Source: an uncultured Gammaproteobacteria bacterium (GTDB lineage: Bacteria > Pseudomonadota > Gammaproteobacteria > Steroidobacterales > JBCBZW01). From it: DNA of 64,000 nt. Below, in pieces: positions 56,633 to 64,000 of this stretch (positions are counted from its first letter, which is position 1; each line of letters opens with the position of its first letter). The notes beneath the pieces are model-generated. The model was not told the origin of the DNA. It saw nothing but the letters and a program-made list of their open reading frames with translations, and did no database searches. The translations under genes and the position numbers were made by a program. The DNA lies in NCBI GenBank assembly GCA_965369325.1, contig CBDUQI010000001.1, positions 1,748 to 65,747 of the forward strand. The letters run 5' to 3'.

Positions 56633-57562
56633 ATGGCGTCGACGGCAACATTCCATCGCACACTTCGCATGACCGCGTGTTTCTTGCTGATCCTCATCGG
56701 TGGATGCGTCCCACCCCCAGTAGAGCTCCCGCCTCAGGTTGAGGTTCCGTGCACCACGGCTGACTGCATCTGCAAGGCGCAGGGCGAGGCAACCACAGCC
56801 TGCATCTGCGCGCGAAATGAGAAGAGCGACCTTTGCCATTGTGCGGATGAGCAGAATCAGTCCACGCCTCGTTGTTGCAACTTTAATCCAAATTTTGCGG
56901 GCTGCACAAAGCCACTGGTCTGCCCGGCGGGTGACACGATCGCGCTGATCCGCGGATCGCTCAAGCATGTCGACGGTGGTGAATGGGAAGAGGCCGAGCG
57001 GTACATCGCTTGCGCGCACAAGCAATCACCCGACAATTCGCGAGCGGCACTTATCCATGAGCAACTGGAACTCGGTGAGGACTACTTTACGGCCAAAGGC
57101 GTGTTGGGTCGCCAGCCTTACGAGGTCCAGTCCGGCGACACCTTAGGCACAATCGCCCGCGACTGCCTGGGCAATACTGACCTTTTTGTCGCACTAACGC
57201 TGTACAACCGATTAGAACGCGCCGACACGCTGGCACCGGGACATATGCTCAACCTGCCAGGCAATAAGGCGTGCGCCGCGGCGCGAGATTGGTTTGCGGA
57301 AGCACGGACGGCATCGGAGGCCGGGAACATTCCCTTAGCGTGGGATCTCATTCAGAAGGCGCTGCGCGCGGACAAACGCCAGGAAGTGAAAGATTTTCAC
57401 GAACAGGTGCGCCACGCGCGCGCTGACCAACTTATCCAACAGGGATTCGAGATTATGGATTCGAATTGCCCGAAGGCGAAGATACTGTGGCGCGAAGCGA
57501 AAAAAGTTCGACCCGAGGACGAAGACATCCCGGTGTTTCTCAACGACGTCGTTTGCGATTAG
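56633..57562 (+). CDS. Cys-rich LysM-domain lipoprotein
   Basis: The ATG at 56633 has SD GGGGGAG (6-nt spacer); the track start is 56597. Lipobox LLILIGGC. About 11 Cys fall within ~70 aa, including three CxC motifs (DCICK, ACICA, LCHCA). LysM: YEVQSGDTLGTIARDCLGNTDLFVALTLYNRL...GHMLNLP. Confidence 0.7.
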   Translation: MASTATFHRTLRMTACFLLILIGGCVPPPVELPPQVEVPCTTADCICKAQGEATTACICARNEKSDLCHCADEQNQSTPRCCNFNPNFAGCTKPLVCPAGDTIALIRGSLKHVDGGEWEEAERYIACAHKQSPDNSRAALIHEQLELGEDYFTAKGVLGRQPYEVQSGDTLGTIARDCLGNTDLFVALTLYNRLERADTLAPGHMLNLPGNKACAAARDWFAEARTASEAGNIPLAWDLIQKALRADKRQEVKDFHEQVRHARADQLIQQGFEIMDSNCPKAKILWREAKKVRPEDEDIPVFLNDVVCD

Positions 57563-57591
57563 CTGAACGAGCGCGTTAGCGGGCTAACTGG

Positions 57592-58275
57592 CTACTGCCC
57601 CACCATGGTATCTAGGTAGGCTCTTGCGCCAATGTGCGTAGGGTCTATCTCCAGCGCTTGCCGGAACAACTCCCGTGCACGCTCCGGGTCGCTATCGTAC
57701 AGTGCCAAACCCTGCTCAAAGACACCGTTGGCATCTGTGGTTGTCTGATTGTAAGCGGTCACCTCATCCGTTGGAACCTCGACCGGTTGTCGTGCCAACT
57801 GCTCCGTAGGCTTCCCCGCAATTCGAGACTCAGCAATGCGTCGATATCGATCAGAGATCTGCCGGCGCAGGCCCTCGTCCGATGGCCGCAATGAGAGGGC
57901 GCGCAGCAGCAAGGCCATCCCTTGGTCAGTACTCCCATGCTCAAACGCCCAACGCGCCCCATCGGTAAGCTCCAGAACCCGCGCTTCGATCTCGAGCTGA
58001 ACGGCGTCCATACGTGCACGCAGTCCGGGCAGGTCAGGCGAGACCGCATCCAACACACGCAGGCTCTGCAAAGCCTGATACAGGCGCCCGGCTGCGCGCA
58101 GATCGGCAGCCTCCTGCGAGTACTTTTGCTGTACGGCCAAACGCGTTTGCAGTAAGCCGGCATCGGCGGCAGGCGCAGGTGGTGGTGCTGTCGCGCACCC
58201 CGTAAAGACCGCAGTCATCAGCGCAACGCCTACCCAACGGACATTCCACCAGCGCCCACTATGCTGCCACCCCAC
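57592..58275 (-). CDS. TPR-like lipoprotein
   Basis: 227 aa with lipobox AVFTGC-ATAP and helical TPR-like repeats (ALEIDPTHIGARAYL). It starts 2 nt after the deacetylase gene's stop. Confidence 0.6.
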   Translation of the reverse strand: MGWQHSGRWWNVRWVGVALMTAVFTGCATAPPPAPAADAGLLQTRLAVQQKYSQEAADLRAAGRLYQALQSLRVLDAVSPDLPGLRARMDAVQLEIEARVLELTDGARWAFEHGSTDQGMALLLRALSLRPSDEGLRRQISDRYRRIAESRIAGKPTEQLARQPVEVPTDEVTAYNQTTTDANGVFEQGLALYDSDPERARELFRQALEIDPTHIGARAYLDTMVGQ

Positions 58276-58277
58276 GA

Positions 58278-59366
58278 CTAGTAGCGCTCTTCAACCACTA
58301 GGTTTTGGATAAAATCTTCAAGACTGTGCTCGTGATAGATCATGCTGCGTTTGAGTAAAAACGGATGGGCGAAAAAGGCATTGCTGCCGCGCTCCACGGT
58401 GGCCGCGATGCGATAGTCACTACTCGCCAAAAGCGCCAGCACCTCGCGTGTGGTCGCACCATACGGGAACGCGAATGCGTCGCCCGGGGTTCCGATCAGA
58501 TCCCGCAACTTCGCCTGCGGGGCTTGCAACTCCGCGCGCACCCGGGCTTGGTATTGCTCGACGTCTTCGTCAGCGGCCATAAGTGCCATATTGCGATGTG
58601 TCTTAGAGTGAGGCTGGAAATCGATCAATCCCGATTGCAGCATCTCCTGCATCTGCGGGCCTTTTAGTCCGCCACCGTTCAGGAAATCGCTGTAGACAAA
58701 TACCGTTGCTGGGAATCCGAACTCAAGTAAGAGTGGGAACGCCTCGCGATACGTGGACTGATAGCCATCATCAATGCTAATGACGACAGATTTGGGCGGC
58801 AACGCCTTACGCCCAGCCACAAACTCCCGTAAATCGGCCAACGGCACCACGTGATAACCGTTGTCCCGCAGATATGCCAGTTGCTGGCGAAAATTCTCCG
58901 GGGTGACGGACATTCGATCTCGGCTCGAGCCGAAATGGTGATACGTGAGGATTGGTACCACTTGGTACAATTCTGACGTTACGCCCGCTGGATTGTCCCA
59001 GCGCTTGGGGATCACAACTACTTCGCCAGCGGCAATCGGCGCATGATCATTCGCTACCCGCAACATCCAGGCCTCGGCGCTGTTTCCTAGATACTCGCGG
59101 GCGAGCGACTCGTAGCTGGCCCCAGCGCCAGCGACGACCACTGCATAGCTGTCATTTGCGCCTATTTCCACTGTATCGGCGTGCGCCGGAGTGATCAGGC
59201 AGATCCACCCCAGGCAGACGACAATACTCGCCCTAACCAACGTGGGTGCGCGCCGATCGCACAAATCTCGGTTGCATGCTCCGTGTTGTCGTCGATGGTT
59301 CAACGTGCCCCCTACAGCATATCCAGCGATGTGGGCCGACATGCCCCAAGACACGAGGATAGCCAA
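58278..59366 (-). CDS. Polysaccharide deacetylase (NodB/CE4) family protein, exported
   Basis: NodB-type motifs are present (VVISIDDGYQSTY, HSKTH), and the N-terminus has a hydrophobic segment ...CLITPAHA. The start codon is uncertain. Confidence 0.7.
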   Translation of the reverse strand: MAILVSWGMSAHIAGYAVGGTLNHRRQHGACNRDLCDRRAPTLVRASIVVCLGWICLITPAHADTVEIGANDSYAVVVAGAGASYESLAREYLGNSAEAWMLRVANDHAPIAAGEVVVIPKRWDNPAGVTSELYQVVPILTYHHFGSSRDRMSVTPENFRQQLAYLRDNGYHVVPLADLREFVAGRKALPPKSVVISIDDGYQSTYREAFPLLLEFGFPATVFVYSDFLNGGGLKGPQMQEMLQSGLIDFQPHSKTHRNMALMAADEDVEQYQARVRAELQAPQAKLRDLIGTPGDAFAFPYGATTREVLALLASSDYRIAATVERGSNAFFAHPFLLKRSMIYHEHSLEDFIQNLVVEERY

Positions 59367-59568
59367 CTGCAGCCATCGCTGTCACATTTTGCCGCCCCGT
59401 GAACCATGTGACTAGCGCAATCCTGGGGTGCGATAAACGCACGCCTCAGCGCACTTATTATTCTAGAGCGCTATTTGGAGCGCGAGCTAGATAACTCGAA
59501 TTCAAACCAGCTTCTTTGTTATATTCATCCTCTTAGATCCTGATTAGAAAAGAATTTCGTCTCACTCT

Positions 59569-62500
59569 ATGGCTGACATCCAAACTGGCTCGCACAATCC
59601 GCGCGCGTTACGCGCCGGCACGGAGTTGCGCTCCTACATTATCGAGCGAACGCTCGGTGCGGGCGGCTTTGGTATCACCTATCTGGCGCGCCACAAACAG
59701 TTCGAAAAGAACCTGGTGGCAATCAAAGAGTACATGCCAAAGGACGTTGCCTACCGCGACGAAGAACAGGAGCTACGACTCGAAACCGAATCCCAGCGCG
59801 GCGATTTCAAGTTCGGGTTAGACAGCTTCTACCGCGAAGCACAAAATCTGCATGAACTCACTCGGCGCAACCATCCCAGCCTTGAGAACGTGGTAAACGT
59901 CAAAGACGTCTACGAGCACAACAAGACCGCGTACATGGAGATGGAGTACGTAGACGGCGACTCGCTGGAAAGTATGATCGGCGACATGGCCCGCTCGGAC
60001 GAAAAACTGTCTGAGGAACGATTGCTGGATCTTTTCGGGCAAATCGCGGGCGCCATCGACTTCATGCACAGCCGCGGACTGCTGCACCGGGATGTTACGC
60101 CCTCAAACGTGATTGTCCGGCGCGACAATCAAAAACCGGTGTTGATCGACTTCGGATCCGCCAAGAGCCAAAACAGCCATACTCAAACCGGCGCACGTGG
60201 AAGCATCCAAACCCAGTACACCCGGGTGGTATTCACCCCTGGGTACGCTCCGCTGGAGCAGAGCGAGGGGCTGGAGCAGGATGCACGAACCGATATCTAC
60301 GGGCTCGCGGCCACGATGTACCATCTGGCACTGCGCAAGAAGCCAGCTCCCGCGGCAACCCGCAGGATCGCGATGGAAGAACAGGGCAAGCCGGACCCCT
60401 TGATTCCCGCGGTGGTGGCCGGCAAGGACATGGATTACTCCACTGCACTGCTGGAGGCGATTGATGCCGGGCTGGGATTGCGGGTCCGCGATCGCCCCGA
60501 TACGGTGCAACAGTGGCTTAAGCCGCTGAATCTTTTGGAGGCCAATGGGCCGGTCGAACGTACTCCCGACGGCCCGGTCGAGCCCGTGTCTCGACCGCCT
60601 TTTCCGAAGAAACTCGCCGCCGCTGGCGCGGGCGCCTTGCTGGCGATAGTTGCAATTGTTATTGGTTTGCAGCCCAGTGTTGATGAAATCCTGGTTGAGG
60701 CGCGCCAGCAACTAGTCAGCACGCCATTTGACCCAACCGCCGTCGCGCAGGCTCGCGAGCGGTTTCTCAAAGCGCAGTTGGATAGTGACGGGCTCCCCGC
60801 GCAGGTGGACCAGGCCACCGCAGGCGTCGCAGTGACGGACCTGCTGGCCCGCTATCGCGAAAGCACCAATCGCGGGGATATTGATGAGGCGAGAACGCAT
60901 CTCAATGGCATAAATGCCCAAGCACCTCTGGTCGGGCTCGCCCCCGAGATGGCCCAGAAAGTGCAATCCGACTTTAACTTCGAGTCCGGGCTTGAGGAGC
61001 TGCGTGAGGTACTAAGAAGCACGGGACTGGGGACTGACCTGGCGACGGATGGCGTGGGCCTCATCGGGCAAATGCGTCCAGCGGGCGAAGGTGATCCGCG
61101 GTTCGCCTCCGCTGAGAGCACGCTGACGCTGGCGACCGAGGCGGCGGAAAAGCTTCAACAAAACCAGTTCGCGCTGGCGTTGACTGCGCTGGATGAGGCC
61201 ACCAGCGCCTCCGACGGGATGGGCGAGGGCACTATTGCCTTTACCGGGGCACGCGGCGTCGTCGCCGAAAGCCGTCGAATCTATGTCGATGCCATGAGTG
61301 AGAAAGCAGCGGCAGCGCTGGTCGCCGGTTCAACCGATCCGCAGGTGTTATCACAGGTCGCCAGCGACTTTGATGAAGCCTTACGCGTAGACAAAGACAA
61401 CGCGATGGCAAAGGCCGGACGTGCCGTGACCCAATCGCTGCAGAGGTTGCTGGCTGATCTGCCATCTACCTCTCCAGAGCCACTGATCGATGATGTTCAA
61501 GCGCTAGCGCCGACCGCAAGAGACGCCCTGATCAGCGAAAGCGACTGGGGTCAGGTAGTGCTCGCCTACCGCGACGCTCAGCAAGGTCGTCGTCTCTCTC
61601 AGGTACGGCAGTCGCTGAGCGCCCGAGCGCTGGATACCGCAACGCATTCCGCCGCGCTAAGCACACTGGACGCCGTCGATGCCGATGTCACCACCCATCC
61701 CCTCAGTGCGCCACTGGCCGACCAGGCTCGCGCTGCGCGCGGGGCCGTGACCAGTTTGCAACTGATCCGCCGCCGCATGGATGCGCATGAGTACGCCGTT
61801 GCCGAGACATTGCTTGTTGGCGGCACCGCCGGCAGCAGTATTCGCAGCAGCGATGGCGGCGACGACATCCACGCAACCGCCACCACCGCACTCGCCCAAG
61901 CACTCACGACGGAAATAAGCACGCGCTGGAGCGCCGCGCAAACCCAGCTCAGCGAATGGCGTGCACCCGCTTCGCCACGCACGTTGTCCGCGCCGCTGCA
62001 GCGGGTGCTGGCCCTGGACGCGGACGAGCCACGGGCAAGCGTAGGCAAGGAGCTGCTAGCACCGCTCAGCGCCCTCAGCCAGCAGGTGAGCAAACATGAC
62101 TACAAAAACGCCTACGACACACTAGACACCATCGTTGAGGCCGCAAACCGGCTCGAGCTGGCGGATGCCTTCGTCGCCGATAACCTGATCTGGCTACGCG
62201 ACCGCACCGAGGCGCACGTCGGCGAGCAATTAGACAACGCTTACAAAACACTGCTTGCCGCTCCGACAGTGTTGGCCAATCACGAACGGGTTGAAGCCCG
62301 CCTAGTCGCGGCCGATGAGCTGATTGCGCTAACCACACGCCCGATTGAGGACACGAGCACGCTCCGCGCAGTAATGGCGCCTCTGATCGATATTCCGGCC
62401 GCACTAGATGGTGGCAGTTTTAGTCAGGCCGAGGCCCGTGCGGCACAGTCGCTGGGTGCAATCACGAGCGACCGCTTCGATGCCGGGTTGCTAAAAACCC

Positions 62501-63840
62501 GGCTGGACGCGCAGATCGCCAAGGCCCGGGCTGAATTTCGCACCTACGTCACCAAGAAAGTCGCAGAGACCTCTACCGCCGCGTTTAACATCTTGAACAA
62601 GGCGCCGATCGACCTGGAAACCATTGCACAAGCTCAGTTAAAGCTCGACGATCTGGACAAGCTGCGCAGCAACCCTGAGGTACAGTTCGATTGGACCACA
62701 GTGCTCGATATCGACACCTCAATCAGCGCGCTCACACAATCCCGCAACATCGCGGACAGCCACGATTTTCTTAGCGCCTCAACCACTCTGGCAGAAACCA
62801 GCGTGGCGCTTGAGAGCGAACCTCGTTGGCGCGGCCTGCTCATGAAGGGCGTATCTGAGCTGGAGAAGTTAAAAAAAACCACCACTGCCGCCCTGTTGAC
62901 GGAAGCCGGAGCGCGTTTAAACGAAACGCCGTTTGCCCCGGCCGCTTGGGCCGCCAGCACTAGTCAATATGAGATTGTCAAGACAATAGAAGCATCGGAA
63001 GAAGGCCAGGGCGCGCTTGGGCTCGCGTTTATCGATTTGCTAAAGGAAGTGGCTGATCCCATCCAGAACGAGGACACCAAATGGATGTTTCAGAACAGCG
63101 ACAAGCTGAAAGACCAGCGCACTAAATTCGCTCGCCTGCCTTCCGCGCTGAAGATACTGGTGCGGCTGGACCGCCAGGTGCGGGAGCACGTAAAGGCGAA
63201 GGAAGAGAAGTGGGAAGGGCGCGTAGCCGATGTATTCAACGGTATTGCGTACAACGATGACACACCGGATATGTATGCTGAGAAACTGGGCGAGCTTGAG
63301 GAGATGTCCTCGCAGAGCGCCCAGGAAGGGGTGACTAGCGTTGTCACCATCGCGCAGGCACTGCAAAGCCGATTGCAGCGAATGGATAAACTTGCCCGGC
63401 ATCTTCAGAACAAAGAACTTGCCGCCGCGAAGACACTTGCCAAGACACGTGTGGGCGATGAGGGACTCGAGGCGCTGAGCGAAGCGCAGCGCACCGCGTT
63501 GAAACAGGCAGAGGCCGGGCTTGCCAAAGCCGCCACCGCCCGTGAGGTACGAGCGCGACTGGGGATCAATAATCGGCTCATGCGAGCGTTTGAGCAACTG
63601 AGCGCCGATCCGTTAAATCCAGCGTCGATCAAAGCCGCACAGGAGATTGTGGAAGAGGCGCTTAGCGTGCAGGTGGACTCGCCTGATGCACTGACCGCGC
63701 GGGAGTTCCTCTCGGCGCTGGAACGAGCGACGGGGGCTCAGCGATGTGATGGGCTAAGCAGCGCTGCCGCGATCGCTAAAGCCTTCCGGCACCCGACCTA
63801 CAACCTGTCGTGGCTGGACCCGCTGTTGGAGGAATGCTGA
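59569..63840 (+). CDS. ppkA: Transmembrane Hanks-type Ser/Thr kinase (PpkA-like) with ~1050-aa helical extracytoplasmic region
   Basis: Kinase motifs GAGGFGITYLA, VAIKEY, HRDVTPSNV, DFGSAK and PGYAPLE occupy aa ~20-290. One TM lies at aa ~350-372 (LAAAGAGALLAIVAIVIGL). The remainder is rich in Ala/Leu/Glu/Asp/Gln, with no vWA motifs seen. The symbol is assigned by T6SS context only. Confidence 0.8.
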   Translation: MADIQTGSHNPRALRAGTELRSYIIERTLGAGGFGITYLARHKQFEKNLVAIKEYMPKDVAYRDEEQELRLETESQRGDFKFGLDSFYREAQNLHELTRRNHPSLENVVNVKDVYEHNKTAYMEMEYVDGDSLESMIGDMARSDEKLSEERLLDLFGQIAGAIDFMHSRGLLHRDVTPSNVIVRRDNQKPVLIDFGSAKSQNSHTQTGARGSIQTQYTRVVFTPGYAPLEQSEGLEQDARTDIYGLAATMYHLALRKKPAPAATRRIAMEEQGKPDPLIPAVVAGKDMDYSTALLEAIDAGLGLRVRDRPDTVQQWLKPLNLLEANGPVERTPDGPVEPVSRPPFPKKLAAAGAGALLAIVAIVIGLQPSVDEILVEARQQLVSTPFDPTAVAQARERFLKAQLDSDGLPAQVDQATAGVAVTDLLARYRESTNRGDIDEARTHLNGINAQAPLVGLAPEMAQKVQSDFNFESGLEELREVLRSTGLGTDLATDGVGLIGQMRPAGEGDPRFASAESTLTLATEAAEKLQQNQFALALTALDEATSASDGMGEGTIAFTGARGVVAESRRIYVDAMSEKAAAALVAGSTDPQVLSQVASDFDEALRVDKDNAMAKAGRAVTQSLQRLLADLPSTSPEPLIDDVQALAPTARDALISESDWGQVVLAYRDAQQGRRLSQVRQSLSARALDTATHSAALSTLDAVDADVTTHPLSAPLADQARAARGAVTSLQLIRRRMDAHEYAVAETLLVGGTAGSSIRSSDGGDDIHATATTALAQALTTEISTRWSAAQTQLSEWRAPASPRTLSAPLQRVLALDADEPRASVGKELLAPLSALSQQVSKHDYKNAYDTLDTIVEAANRLELADAFVADNLIWLRDRTEAHVGEQLDNAYKTLLAAPTVLANHERVEARLVAADELIALTTRPIEDTSTLRAVMAPLIDIPAALDGGSFSQAEARAAQSLGAITSDRFDAGLLKTRLDAQIAKARAEFRTYVTKKVAETSTAAFNILNKAPIDLETIAQAQLKLDDLDKLRSNPEVQFDWTTVLDIDTSISALTQSRNIADSHDFLSASTTLAETSVALESEPRWRGLLMKGVSELEKLKKTTTAALLTEAGARLNETPFAPAAWAASTSQYEIVKTIEASEEGQGALGLAFIDLLKEVADPIQNEDTKWMFQNSDKLKDQRTKFARLPSALKILVRLDRQVREHVKAKEEKWEGRVADVFNGIAYNDDTPDMYAEKLGELEEMSSQSAQEGVTSVVTIAQALQSRLQRMDKLARHLQNKELAAAKTLAKTRVGDEGLEALSEAQRTALKQAEAGLAKAATAREVRARLGINNRLMRAFEQLSADPLNPASIKAAQEIVEEALSVQVDSPDALTAREFLSALERATGAQRCDGLSSAAAIAKAFRHPTYNLSWLDPLLEEC

Positions 63841-63844
63841 CTTT

Positions 63845-64000
63845 TTACTGTGTCGGCCCCGGAATAAGGATAAGAGGCCAACCAACCGACACATCGAACA
63901 GCGCCCCATCCCGGGTTTTCTCTACCAAGCCGTATGGAATAAAGCGCGGCGCCGGCTGCTGCGACAATCGGTCGCAGCGAGCAAGCTCAGACGGCCGGGG
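63845..64000 (-). CDS. 3' end of an unidentified gene entering from beyond the window
   Basis: Hand translation of the reverse strand from 64000 is open for 51 codons (…FIPYGLVEKTRDGALFDVSVGWPLILIPGPTQ*), with TAA at 63847..63845. Too short to classify. Confidence 0.3.
   Translation of the reverse strand, partial: PRPSELARCDRLSQQPAPRFIPYGLVEKTRDGALFDVSVGWPLILIPGPTQ

Noticed and set aside
1-64000. Search by eye for CRISPR arrays, tRNA/rRNA genes, integrases, transposases and IS inverted repeats that might delimit the 17-34 kb accessory region
   Set aside because: None recognised. There are no regularly spaced direct repeats, no tRNA-like cloverleaf candidates in the intergenic regions, and no DDE/tyrosine-recombinase-like translations in the ORF track. 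The island boundaries therefore remain undefined.

Overview
High-GC proteobacterial chromosomal window, probably gammaproteobacterial; the taxon cannot be fixed from sequence alone. All protein and domain calls come from reading the supplied translations and the DNA by eye, with no HMM, BLAST or structure search. Positions 1-17.1 kb are ordinary core genes: a partial MscS channel, a TonB-dependent receptor with a divergent BlaI/BlaR1-like pair, TRAP dctQM, trkA-trkH, uvrD, a Sel1-repeat protein, heme O synthase and a two-subunit molybdenum hydroxylase. Positions 17.2-34.8 kb look accessory, although I saw no integrase, tRNA or IS. The core of this stretch (17.27-28.18 kb, all on the + strand) is my top candidate for an undescribed system. 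It encodes three TIR-domain proteins, two SLOG domains, a trypsin-fold domain that appears to lack its catalytic triad, a CHAT caspase-like protease with an intact His/Cys dyad, an ECF-type sigma factor and a membrane-tethered wHTH regulator carrying a TIR domain. The logic resembles Thoeris (TIR signal generator plus SLOG sensor), but here it is wired to protease domains and dedicated transcription factors. A low-GC patch of small envelope proteins follows at 28.1-31.9 kb, then a TIR-less paralog of the wHTH-TPR regulator. Positions 34.9-56.4 kb hold one 15-gene, single-strand T6SS block: tssJ-tagH-tssK-tssL-tssM-tagF-pppA-tssA-tssBC-tssEFG-clpV plus a GAF/sigma-54 activator. The block has no hcp, vgrG or PAAR gene and no gap large enough to hide one. 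It is followed by an envelope module (Cys-rich LysM lipoprotein, TPR lipoprotein, polysaccharide deacetylase) and a 1423-aa PpkA-like kinase with a very large ectodomain. No rRNA, tRNA, CRISPR array or transposase was recognised.
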